A model generated the notes under the pieces. It saw nothing but the letters and a program-made list of their open reading frames with translations, did not search any database and was not told where the DNA came from. A DNA stretch of 64,000 nt, taken from positions 114,667 to 178,666 of the forward strand of contig JBBRNV010000001.1 of assembly GCA_038230075.1 (NCBI GenBank), written 5' to 3'. The position numbers and the translations under genes were made by a program. Position 1 is the stretch's first letter; the number at the start of each line of letters is the position of its first letter. The DNA comes from Minisyncoccia bacterium. GTDB taxonomy: Bacteria > Patescibacteriota > Minisyncoccia > Phycocordibacterales > CALRBL01. Positions 19,889-28,575 of the stretch are shown here, piece after piece.

Positions 19889-21319
19889 ATGAAAGATATC
19901 CCCATCAAGCTTCACAACACCTTAACTGGAACAACTGACACCTTTTCTTCTCTCACCGACCATCGTGTTGGTATGTATCATTGTGGTCCGACGGTATATC
20001 ACTATGCACACATTGGAAACCTTCGTTCATATATATTAGCCGACACACTTAGACGAATGTTTGAAGTTAACGGATATTCAGTAAATCAAGTTATCAACCT
20101 CACCGATGTTGGACACCTCACCGGCGACAACTTAGGTGATGCTAATAGCGGTGAAGATCGAGTTGAAAAAGAAGCAAAGAAAGAAGGAAAAACTGCACAA
20201 GAAATTACCTCATTTTATATTGATGCTTTTTTCAAAGACTTACAAGCACTCAATATTGAAACTGAAGGAACACATTTTCCAAAACCAACTGATCATATTC
20301 CTGAGCAAATTAAAATGATTCAAGAACTTGAAGCAAAAGATGCTGTATACAGAATTTCAGACGGTATGTATTTTGATACATCAAAATATCCTCACTATGG
20401 AAAACTAGGTAATATCAATATCGAAGGACAAAAAGAAGGGGCACGTGTTGAAAGTACAGGAGAAAAACGAAATCCTTCAGACTTTGCGTTGTGGAAATTC
20501 TCTCCCGAAAATGAAAAACGGCAACAAGAGTGGGAATCTCCATGGGGAATTGGTTTTCCTGGTTGGCACATTGAGTGCTCTGCCATGAGTATGAAATATC
20601 TTGGCGAAACATTTGATGTTCACACTGGTGGTATCGATCATATTCCCGTACATCACAACAATGAAATTGCTCAATCTGAACTCGTGACAGGAAAACCTTT
20701 TGCCAACTACTGGCTACACAATGCCTTCGTTAATGTTAATGGAGGAAAGATTGGAAAATCTCTTGGTACCAGCGTGCTTCTTCAAGAAATTATTGAGAAG
20801 GGCTACTCTCCTCTTGATTATCGATATCTTCTTTTGCTTGCTCGATATAGTCAGCAAGTAAATTTTACCTATGAAATTTTAGATGCCGCTCGTGCAGCGA
20901 GAGAACGATTAGTAAAACATGCAAGTATGATTATTAATAAAGTCGACAATTCAAAATTAGAGTATGTTGAAAAATTTGTTGAGATCATTAATAACGACCT
21001 TGATACTCCTCAATTGATTGCCGAACTCTGGAATTCTCTCAAAAACGAATCAATTTCTGATGAAGAAAAACTAAATTACATTTATACCGTTGATAAACTT
21101 ACAGGACTTACCTTACTTACATCTGCAAAAGAATTGGCTCAAAAAGTGGTATCTCACATTCCTGAAAATATTATGTCGCTTATTCAACAACGCCTCGCTG
21201 CTCGTGAACAAAAAGCTTGGACAACATCAGACAAATTACGAGACCAAATCAATTCATTAGGTTACGATATCAAAGATATCCCAGACTCTCCTTTTTACAT
21301 TCTCGAATCAACACAATAA
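19889..21319 (+). CDS. cysS: cysteine--tRNA ligase
   Basis: CGPTVY..AHIGN, DFALWK, PGWHIECSAM, HHNNE, KIGKS. Confidence 0.96.
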   Translation: MKDIPIKLHNTLTGTTDTFSSLTDHRVGMYHCGPTVYHYAHIGNLRSYILADTLRRMFEVNGYSVNQVINLTDVGHLTGDNLGDANSGEDRVEKEAKKEGKTAQEITSFYIDAFFKDLQALNIETEGTHFPKPTDHIPEQIKMIQELEAKDAVYRISDGMYFDTSKYPHYGKLGNINIEGQKEGARVESTGEKRNPSDFALWKFSPENEKRQQEWESPWGIGFPGWHIECSAMSMKYLGETFDVHTGGIDHIPVHHNNEIAQSELVTGKPFANYWLHNAFVNVNGGKIGKSLGTSVLLQEIIEKGYSPLDYRYLLLLARYSQQVNFTYEILDAARAARERLVKHASMIINKVDNSKLEYVEKFVEIINNDLDTPQLIAELWNSLKNESISDEEKLNYIYTVDKLTGLTLLTSAKELAQKVVSHIPENIMSLIQQRLAAREQKAWTTSDKLRDQINSLGYDIKDIPDSPFYILESTQ

Positions 21320-21411
21320 AACACACATAGTACAGATGGAGCGATTCCGCACGCCTTCTATTAGATTTTCTAGACCGAAGACTTAGTGACACTGTGTACT
21401 ATATGTGTTTT
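21318..21411. repeat. intergenic palindromic element, copy B
   Basis: 17-bp arms (1 mismatch) around core GGAGCGATTCCGCAC...CCGAAGACTTAGTGACA. Confidence 0.8.
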
Positions 21412-21503
21412 GTTATGTTGATAACTCAGTGGACAACCTGTTCAAAACTCTTCTCATTCTTACTTTGTCCCCCTCCTTCGCTTCGTGTTACAATCACCTC
21501 AAC

Positions 21504-22928
21504 ATGCAGCCTGATATCCAAACTCAAAACTTCCCTAAAAACAGAACTGCTACTTTAAATATGACAGGTGTTCGTCTTCCCCCTCAAAATCTCGACTCTG
21601 AAAAAGCTTTTCTTGGTTCTATTATGCTTCGACCAGAATCAATTCATGAAGTAATGGATGTGATTAGTTACGAAACATTCTATTCTGATCGACATCGAAT
21701 CATTTATACAGCTATGCTCGATTTGTTTAATAAAGGCGAACCAATCGACTTTGTTTCCCTTTCTGCAAAACTTCGAGAAAAAGGATTATTCGAACAATCA
21801 GGTGGAGCAAGTTACTTAACTGAACTTGTTCACATTGTTCCCTCATCAGCAAACATCAAACACTATGCAGGCACCATCGACAAAAAGCATCGAATGCGAA
21901 AGTTGATTGAAGCTGCAGAACATATTGAAAGAATTGGATACGACGAAAGCGGTGAGATTGAAGAATTACTCGACGAAGCAGAAAAAAAGATTTTCTCTGT
22001 TACAAACTATCAAGGAACTCACAAATTTATTCACCTCAAAGACACACTCGGAGAAGCACTCGAAAGACTCGATACGCTTCATAAAAACCAAGATCAAGTA
22101 CGAGGTGTACGAACAGGATTCAAAGATCTTGATAGTAAACTCTCTGGATTTCAAAAATCAGACCTTGTTATTCTTGCTGCTCGACCTTCTATGGGAAAAA
22201 CATCTCTCGCCCTCGATCTCGCTCGAAATGCAGCTGTGCAACACAATCATCCTGTAGCAATCTTCTCTCTTGAAATGAGTTCTCAGCAATTGGTTGATCG
22301 TATGCTTGCGGCTCAAGGAAACGTTGACTCATGGAAAATTCGAACAGGACACGGCACAACTGAAGACGATTTCATGCGACTTCGAGATGCAAGTGACAAA
22401 CTTTCAAAAGCTCCTATATTCATTGATGACCAACCTGGAAATAATATTGTAAAAATGAGAGCAGTTTGCAGACGACTGAAAGCTGAACACGGGCTCGATA
22501 TGATTATCGTCGATTATTTGCAGCTCATGAATCCAGTTTCTAATAGATTTGCTGACAGTATGGTGAATCAAGTAACAGAAATTTCTAAATCACTAAAACA
22601 ACTCGCCCGAGAAATGGACGTGCCTGTTATTGCACTTTCTCAGTTAAACCGAGCAGTTGAAGCTCGAGGTGGAGAACCTCGACTATCTGACCTTCGAGAT
22701 TCAGGTTCTATTGAACAAGATGCTGACGTTGTTATGTTTATTCACCGAGAAGATAAATACAATAAAGAATCTGATAAACCAGGTATTGCAAGAATCATGA
22801 TTGAAAAACATCGAAATGGTCCGACAGGTGCTGTTGAGCTCTACTTCAACGAAAAGAAAACCTCATTTCAAAATATTGATAAGAGTGAATTTAATATGGG
22901 AAGTGCTGGAGCCTTCGGTTCGTTTTAG
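21504..22928 (+). CDS. dnaB: replicative DNA helicase
   Basis: AARPSMGKT, FSLEM, IVDYLQL, LSQLNR, DLRDSGSIEQDAD, KHRNGP; TGTTACAAT 9 nt before ATG 21504. Confidence 0.96.
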   Translation: MQPDIQTQNFPKNRTATLNMTGVRLPPQNLDSEKAFLGSIMLRPESIHEVMDVISYETFYSDRHRIIYTAMLDLFNKGEPIDFVSLSAKLREKGLFEQSGGASYLTELVHIVPSSANIKHYAGTIDKKHRMRKLIEAAEHIERIGYDESGEIEELLDEAEKKIFSVTNYQGTHKFIHLKDTLGEALERLDTLHKNQDQVRGVRTGFKDLDSKLSGFQKSDLVILAARPSMGKTSLALDLARNAAVQHNHPVAIFSLEMSSQQLVDRMLAAQGNVDSWKIRTGHGTTEDDFMRLRDASDKLSKAPIFIDDQPGNNIVKMRAVCRRLKAEHGLDMIIVDYLQLMNPVSNRFADSMVNQVTEISKSLKQLAREMDVPVIALSQLNRAVEARGGEPRLSDLRDSGSIEQDADVVMFIHREDKYNKESDKPGIARIMIEKHRNGPTGAVELYFNEKKTSFQNIDKSEFNMGSAGAFGSF

Positions 22929-22946
22929 ACATATTCATAAATTTAA

Positions 22947-23585
22947 ATGGATCCAATCACCCGACTCTCAGAAATATTTCGACACTTTCCAGGAATTGGT
23001 CCGCGGCAAGCAAAACGTTTCGTCTACTATCTTCTAACACGTGACAAAAAAGTATTAAAAGAATTATCTGACCATCTTCTTGAACTACGAGACATTGTTC
23101 GAATGTGTGAAGATTGCTATCGATTTTTTGAATTCAAACCACACACATCTGCAACATCAGATGCCAAATGCTCAATTTGTCGAAACACTCATCGTGATCG
23201 AACACTTATTATGATTGTGGCTAAAGATCAAGATTTAGAAACTATTGAAAAAAGTAAAACATTTCATGGGGTGTACTTTGTACTTGGTGGAACGATTCCC
23301 TTATTAGATAAAGCGCCTGAACAAGCAGTTCGATTACGTGAATTTCGAAAACGAATTGAAAAAGGAATCAAAGAAGACAATTTGGCTGAAGTAATTATTG
23401 CTCAAAACATGAATACTGAAGGAGAATATACTTCAAGTTTTATTCAAGGAGAATTGGAAGAAATGAAACAGAAACATCCTTTTATTATTTCCCTTCTTGG
23501 CCGAGGTCTTTCAACAGGCACCGAACTTGAATATTCTGACTCTGAAACACTTAAATTTGCACTAGGTTCAAGAATTAAGCGATAA
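22947..23585 (+). CDS. recR: recombination mediator RecR
   Basis: PGIGPRQA.R HhH, C4 zinc finger, YFVLGG, TOPRIM, G.ELEY.D. Confidence 0.94.
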   Translation: MDPITRLSEIFRHFPGIGPRQAKRFVYYLLTRDKKVLKELSDHLLELRDIVRMCEDCYRFFEFKPHTSATSDAKCSICRNTHRDRTLIMIVAKDQDLETIEKSKTFHGVYFVLGGTIPLLDKAPEQAVRLREFRKRIEKGIKEDNLAEVIIAQNMNTEGEYTSSFIQGELEEMKQKHPFIISLLGRGLSTGTELEYSDSETLKFALGSRIKR

Positions 23586-23597
23586 GATAAAGTCTCA

Positions 23598-23678
23598 CTA
23601 AAATAACAAAAGACCTTTCTTCAACGTCCTCGGCCTTACAGCCTGCGAATGCTTCAGAAAGGTCTTTTGTTATTTTAG
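23598..23678. repeat. intergenic palindromic element, copy D (core on the minus strand)
   Basis: 23-bp perfect arms; reverse-complement core GAAGCATTCGCAGGCT-GTA-AGGCCGAGGACGTTGA. Confidence 0.8.
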
Positions 23679-24137
23679 CTATGCTAACTTTTCAATCTGA
23701 ACTTGAAAGAATGGCTGTCGGTGTCCGTTTTTCTTGAAGTATCTACTCTTCTGTTTGTATTTGATGATAGTAACTTTTGCATGTCGTCCGATCTTCACAA
23801 GCTTTGAAGTAACCTTTGTTCCAGTAAATGGAGCTCCAACAGTTGTTGTTGTTCCAGTGTTTGAAAGAAGTACATTATCGAATGAGATAGTATCTCCTTC
23901 TTTGTATTCTCCAAGCATCTTTTCAATCTTTAAAAGATCACCAACATGAACTACATATTGCTTTCCACCTGTCATGATAATAGCGAAATCTGTAGCATTT
24001 TCTGCCTTTTCTGCTTTTTTATAATGTTTGATCAAAGATTTAGAAGTTGTTGATGCCGTTGTTTCTGTAGAAACTGTTGCAACATCTGCCTTTTTAGCCT
24101 TTGGAGCTGCTTTTTTCTTAGTTATTTCTTTTGCCAT
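23679..24137 (-). CDS. rplU: 50S ribosomal protein L21 with N-terminal extension
   Basis: FAIIMTGGKQY.V..GD, KYKQKSRY.KKNGHRQ. Confidence 0.95.
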   Translation of the reverse strand: MAKEITKKKAAPKAKKADVATVSTETTASTTSKSLIKHYKKAEKAENATDFAIIMTGGKQYVVHVGDLLKIEKMLGEYKEGDTISFDNVLLSNTGTTTTVGAPFTGTKVTSKLVKIGRHAKVTIIKYKQKSRYFKKNGHRQPFFQVQIEKLA

Positions 24138-24249
24138 AAGTTCAAGCATCATAACCTAAAAGGTTAATTGGCGCAATATATACCCTTCCTTTATAAAAAC
24201 TGACAACCGCCCGACCCTCAACGAAGAGAGTGGGCGGTCAAAGATCGGC

Positions 24250-24588
24250 TTATCGCCGGTCTGGGTGAATGGGGAGACGTCTTACGCGCCAATTATAGCG
24301 GTGGGAACGAACGTCCATAGCGTGACAACTTGGACACTCTGACCTAACTGTTGCCATTTGTTTTCCACAACCGTCGTCCGGTTCGTAAAACAATTCAATC
24401 ACCTTCTCCTTCTTAAGAAGACTGCTGCATTTCAAACACTTCGGAAGTGAGAGGAAGTGAAGCAGAAGCCAAAGTGCCGAGCCAGCCAAAAGAATAAGGC
24501 TTACCCAACTTAGAAACATGAGGAATTGCATTGTATTAGAAACCGAGGTGTTCTGTTTCGCGATCGAGACAGCAAAGATTTCGAGCAT
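24250..24588 (-). CDS. hypothetical TM + zinc-ribbon orphan protein
   Basis: TM helix, CLKC...CPSC; hairpin ACCGCCC...GGGCGGT downstream at about 24206-24238. Confidence 0.6.
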   Translation of the reverse strand: MLEIFAVSIAKQNTSVSNTMQFLMFLSWVSLILLAGSALWLLLHFLSLPKCLKCSSLLKKEKVIELFYEPDDGCGKQMATVRSECPSCHAMDVRSHRYNWRVRRLPIHPDRR

Positions 24589-24673
24589 TGGAAAAAGGGG
24601 TTGAGGTGAACCAATTTAAAAAACAGCTTTCAATACTATACAATAAGTTCAAGCTTTGTACAGAAAAACTCTA

Positions 24674-25762
24674 TTACTCCCCTCCCTCAATTAATGGTTT
24701 TTCAATCGTATTAATTTCAAGTTCAACCGTTGAACCAGTGATGCGTGTAATATCTTTATTTATTTTCTTAAATTCTTTGTTGGTCGCATTGAAATGATTA
24801 ACCACCGTTCCAAGTGCTCCACCAAGTTTTGTATGATATTCCTCATAGCTTCGAAGATGTCGTGCAAGCTCTTCAACATTTTCTCGGATTTCTTTTGCTG
24901 ATTCTTCAACCTGAAGCGCTTTCAATCCTTGAAGAACAGTTTGAAGATATGCCAAAAACGATGTTGGAGAAACAATAATCACTCTTTTATCTTTAAAGGC
25001 ATATTCAATTAAATCTCTCGTATTCATTTTTACCGCACCCACCTCTGATACGAGAAGATCATAATAAAGTGCTTCGTGTGGAATAAACATGAAAGCGAAA
25101 TCCATTGTTCCCTCACTTGGTTTTACATACTTAGCAGTTTCATCAATTCTATTTTTTAGATCTGCTTTAAATGCTCGTTCAAGTCGTTCTTGTTCTGATG
25201 GATCATGCGCACCAAGCAAACGATTATAGTTTTCAAGAGAAAATTTTGAGTCGATAGGAATAATTTTTTCTTTAATAAACACCACCGCATCAACTATTGT
25301 TCCGTCTTTAAATGTGTACTGCATTTGATAGCTTCCTGTTGGTAATACATTTTTAAGAAGTGTTTCTAAATAGTATTCACCTAAAATTCCTCGCTGTTTT
25401 GGATTCTTTAGAATGTCTTGAAGTGACTGCAACTGATCAGCGAAAGAAACAACTTGTTTATTAGTCTCGTCGAGGCGTGTTAATTTTTCAGTGATATCTC
25501 GAACAATTTTTACTGTCTCACCCGCTTGAAATCGCATTGATTCCTGCATATCTTTCGCTGATGTTCCAATCTTGTGATCAACAGTTCGTGAGAGTTCATT
25601 CATTTGAGCAAGAATCAGTTCGAGTCCTTTGTCGTTTCCATTCATTTTTTCGAGATCATTGCGTGTTCCAATCTTTTTACTCATGAACCACAAGATTCCA
25701 CCAACAATAAGAACTTGCAGAATGATAACCACTGCAACAATGAGAATGAAAGATGAATTCAT
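24674..25762 (-). CDS. rmuC: DNA recombination protein RmuC
   Basis: N-terminal TM, coiled coil, K.RG.LGE, IPIDSKF, DFAFMFIP.E, VSPT. Confidence 0.92.
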   Translation of the reverse strand: MNSSFILIVAVVIILQVLIVGGILWFMSKKIGTRNDLEKMNGNDKGLELILAQMNELSRTVDHKIGTSAKDMQESMRFQAGETVKIVRDITEKLTRLDETNKQVVSFADQLQSLQDILKNPKQRGILGEYYLETLLKNVLPTGSYQMQYTFKDGTIVDAVVFIKEKIIPIDSKFSLENYNRLLGAHDPSEQERLERAFKADLKNRIDETAKYVKPSEGTMDFAFMFIPHEALYYDLLVSEVGAVKMNTRDLIEYAFKDKRVIIVSPTSFLAYLQTVLQGLKALQVEESAKEIRENVEELARHLRSYEEYHTKLGGALGTVVNHFNATNKEFKKINKDITRITGSTVELEINTIEKPLIEGGE

Positions 25763-25805
25763 GTGGTCAGTATATCAAAAAGTGAAGGTATGCTAAAATT
25801 CACTT

Positions 25806-26276
25806 ATGAATCAAGACACCGTACAACAATCAATTAAAAATCAGATTAAAGATGCAATGCTCGCAAAAGACGCACTTCGACTAAGTGTGCTTCGCGGACT
25901 CGCATCAATGTTCACAAACGAACTCGTTGCAAAAGGATTAAAGCCTCAAGAAGTATTGAAAGACGAAGATGCTCTTGCTGTTATTAGACGAGCTATTAAA
26001 CAACGAAAAGACTCTATCGAACAGTTTGAGAAAGGAGGACGAGCAGATTTAGCCGCAGACGAAAAAGCGGAATTAGCAATTCTTGAAACATTTGTTCCTG
26101 CTCAAATGAGCAAAGAAGATGTAGAAAAGGTTGTTGCCGCTAAAAAGGCTGAAATGGGAGCTGACGGTGCTGATAAGACCAAAATGGGCCTATTAATGCG
26201 TGCTGTGATGACAGAACTCAAAGGAAAGGCTGATGGAATGGTGGTTAAAGAGGTAGTTGACTCTTCTTTCAATTAG
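25806..26276 (+). CDS. GatB/YqeY domain protein
   Basis: KDAMLAKD..RL, KQRKDSIEQF.KGGR.DL...E..E, MG.LM..VM..LKGKADG. Confidence 0.92.
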   Translation: MNQDTVQQSIKNQIKDAMLAKDALRLSVLRGLASMFTNELVAKGLKPQEVLKDEDALAVIRRAIKQRKDSIEQFEKGGRADLAADEKAELAILETFVPAQMSKEDVEKVVAAKKAEMGADGADKTKMGLLMRAVMTELKGKADGMVVKEVVDSSFN

Positions 26277-26351
26277 TGGGATAATTGAGGCCAGATAGCA
26301 GCACTTTGTTATTCCCCTTCTACATTTGCTCACCAACAAACTCCAAACAAA

Positions 26352-26555
26352 ATGCCCGAACAGAACACCCTTGAAGGAGCCTTGGCCCGCCTTCGTTCCA
26401 CAATGAAAGACGTTGGCGAAGTGCGAGCAACAGCTCAACAACTTCAGACAAGAAAGCACACTTTCGTCTCAGGGGCGTGGAAAAACGCCACCCGAATCGA
26501 AAGATCGCAACCACGCGACTCTCTCGATTATCTCATCGAAAAAGACGGTTGGTGA
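26352..26555 (+). CDS. hypothetical small orphan protein
   Basis: GC-richer 67-aa ORF followed by hairpin GCCCGAC-CTCGC-GTCGGGC and a T-run. Confidence 0.55.
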   Translation: MPEQNTLEGALARLRSTMKDVGEVRATAQQLQTRKHTFVSGAWKNATRIERSQPRDSLDYLIEKDGW

Positions 26556-26613
26556 AAACCAACCGAAACCAAGGAGCCCGACCTCGCGTCGGGCCTTTCC
26601 TTTTTATATAAAA

Positions 26614-27105
26614 CTATTTCAACAAACTTTTAAGAACTGGATACACTCGATCGGCAATCTTTGCATATCCAATATCATTAGGATGCACTGCGTCAGACAT
26701 ATATTCTGAATGAGTCACCAAACCATCAAGCACATTTGAAACATACCCAACTCCCTTTCGCTTCGCTAAGTCTTTAAATAATGATTCAAACTGGTCTGAG
26801 AAAATTCCTCCTTGAACACCGAGAAGTAACACAATAGAACCTGACTCTTGAAGCTTAGTCACGATAGTTTCTAAATTTTTAAATGTTTGTTCTTTAGGAA
26901 CTTTCTTTAAATAATCATTTCCTCCAAGAAGCACGATCACTATTTGTGGCTTCATTTCAATCACCGCATCAATTCGCGCAAGACCGTCTGCTGTTGTGTT
27001 TCCAGATACTCCAAGATTAACAATTGGTTGTGCTATCTTTTTTGAGAGATCACTAACTAAATCGTTTCCATTTGTTGCGCCAATTCCTTCAATTAAGCTA
27101 TCACC
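26614..27105 (-). pseudogene. SGNH/GDSL arylesterase (TesA-like), 5' end missing
   Basis: GDSL, N.GVSG.TT, LGGND and D.VHPN are intact; sequence upstream of GDSL is unrelated GC-rich DNA and the called GTG start lies inside a hairpin. Confidence 0.7.
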
Positions 27106-27190
27106 GCGAAGTCTGTCGACTTGATGTCGAAAGAAGTCACCGTAAGACTGATCAACGCCTACTGAGAAGAAGTGGATCGGTTGGTTAACC

Positions 27191-27222
27191 CAAAGGGCGG
27201 TGCGCATACGCACCGCCCTTTG
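27191..27222. terminator. strong intrinsic terminator
   Basis: CAAAGGGCGGTGCG-CATA-CGCACCGCCCTTTG, 14-bp perfect stem, T-rich tail on +. Confidence 0.85.
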
Positions 27223-27248
27223 TTTGTTATTATTTTTTTATTGAATGA

Positions 27249-27977
27249 TTACTTCAAACTATCGATGTGAAAAGTGACTACATAATCTTCTTGATTCAAT
27301 TTTATTGTTGAATATTTTGTAGGAGAAACATCACTGATTCCTATCTTGTATCTACTGAATGAATATGTTGGTTGGTTTGAAATCAAGTCAAATGTTCTTG
27401 TTACCGTGCTATCTGTTAATGTGACATTTACCGTAACTGAGCCTGCTTGAATACACTGAACATCAACAGCACAACGACTGTCACTTACAATTCCATTTAG
27501 TTTTATTCTGACATCCGAATTTTCTACCGTTGTTGCAGCTCCAACTTTTAATGAAATATTTGCTGAGACGTATCCTGTACTTGTTGCAACAGGAGTTGTT
27601 CCTTCTCGAACAACAAATGAAAGAATAGTTGGAATTCCCTGCGAATCAATTGTGTAAGTGAAATCAGCTACATACGCATTGTGGCCATCTTCGTATGAGA
27701 CAGCACCGACTCCTTTATGTGATTCAATGTGGGTAACATAGAATGTTCCACCAAGTGTTGGAGACTTTGGAGAAAGATTTGAAATATTCGTTGTGATATA
27801 TGTTTCGATAGTTTGGCTTTCAACTGGAATTTGTACTTGAGCTCCTGTTGAGGTTGAAGTTTGATTTCCGACAATTCCCGTACTTATCAAACTATTACTT
27901 GCGATATAGGCATAGACAAAAAGCCCGACGATAATAACGGTAATAATTGAAAGAGTGAGTGTAATGTTTTTAGTCAT
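27249..27977 (-). CDS. membrane-anchored exported protein
   Basis: N-terminal TM, YEDGH motif, DSRC..DVQCIQAG Cys-pair domain. Confidence 0.75.
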   Translation of the reverse strand: MTKNITLTLSIITVIIVGLFVYAYIASNSLISTGIVGNQTSTSTGAQVQIPVESQTIETYITTNISNLSPKSPTLGGTFYVTHIESHKGVGAVSYEDGHNAYVADFTYTIDSQGIPTILSFVVREGTTPVATSTGYVSANISLKVGAATTVENSDVRIKLNGIVSDSRCAVDVQCIQAGSVTVNVTLTDSTVTRTFDLISNQPTYSFSRYKIGISDVSPTKYSTIKLNQEDYVVTFHIDSLK

Positions 27978-28047
27978 GTTTATGCAGTAAATATAATAAG
28001 GTCTACCTAGTTAAGACGGTTGAATACGTGAAGCATGACAATGTCTG

Positions 28048-28119
28048 CGACCCTACAGGGAGTCGAACCCTGCTTTAAGCCTTGAGAAGGCTTCGTCCTA
28101 ACCGATAGACGATAGGGCC
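28048..28119 (-). tRNA. tRNA-Glu(CTC)
   Basis: acceptor GGCCCTA/TAGGGTC, anticodon arm AAGCC-TTCTCAA-GGCTT, GGTTCGACT T-arm; CCA not encoded. Confidence 0.93.
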
Positions 28120-28224
28120 ATTACTGGCAGAGTAACTTTATACCATTAAAAGCCCTGTAGCAAAGCCAAGGTGTTTACGAAATAAAATAAGAGTATACTT
28201 ATAAAAGCTTTCTGTTCCCTATGT

Positions 28225-28515
28225 ATGAAGCGAAGAACTCATAGAGCTTCTCGAGTTTTACAGAGTCAACTTGAAACACAACTTGGTCATCCGTTTGTTG
28301 TGTATCATAAGAAGCTTGTTTACGAATTGGGATTCACCCTTTACGCAATTAGACTTCAGACTCGTTTTAACTTACGACGAAGCGCATTGTTAATTAGATA
28401 CCATCAACCAATGGATGAAGAAACGCGAGAAATTGCTCGGCGTCAATATGGCGAGACGTGTGTCATCGGCCACTATTTGTGGCAATTGTATCTAGGCGAT
28501 TCAACGCCGCCTTAA
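28225..28515 (+). CDS. hypothetical basic orphan protein
   Basis: 96-aa ORF with TATACT upstream and hairpin AGGCGCGT...ACGCGCCTTTT at about 28539-28564. Confidence 0.55.
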   Translation: MKRRTHRASRVLQSQLETQLGHPFVVYHKKLVYELGFTLYAIRLQTRFNLRRSALLIRYHQPMDEETREIARRQYGETCVIGHYLWQLYLGDSTPP

Positions 28516-28575
28516 TATCACCCTCAATCGAAGACGTAGAGGCGCGTACAAAAACGCGCCTTTTACAATAACGAA

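Noticed and set aside
23598-23678. HDV-like ribozyme (TCCTCG and TGCGAAT resemble the L3 and J4/2 segments)
   Set aside because: Could not build the nested double pseudoknot (P1, P3, P1.1); the sequence folds as a simple long hairpin. Not excluded without an assay.
26277-28119. Genomic island integrated at tRNA-Glu
   Set aside because: No duplicated tRNA 3' end and no integrase seen
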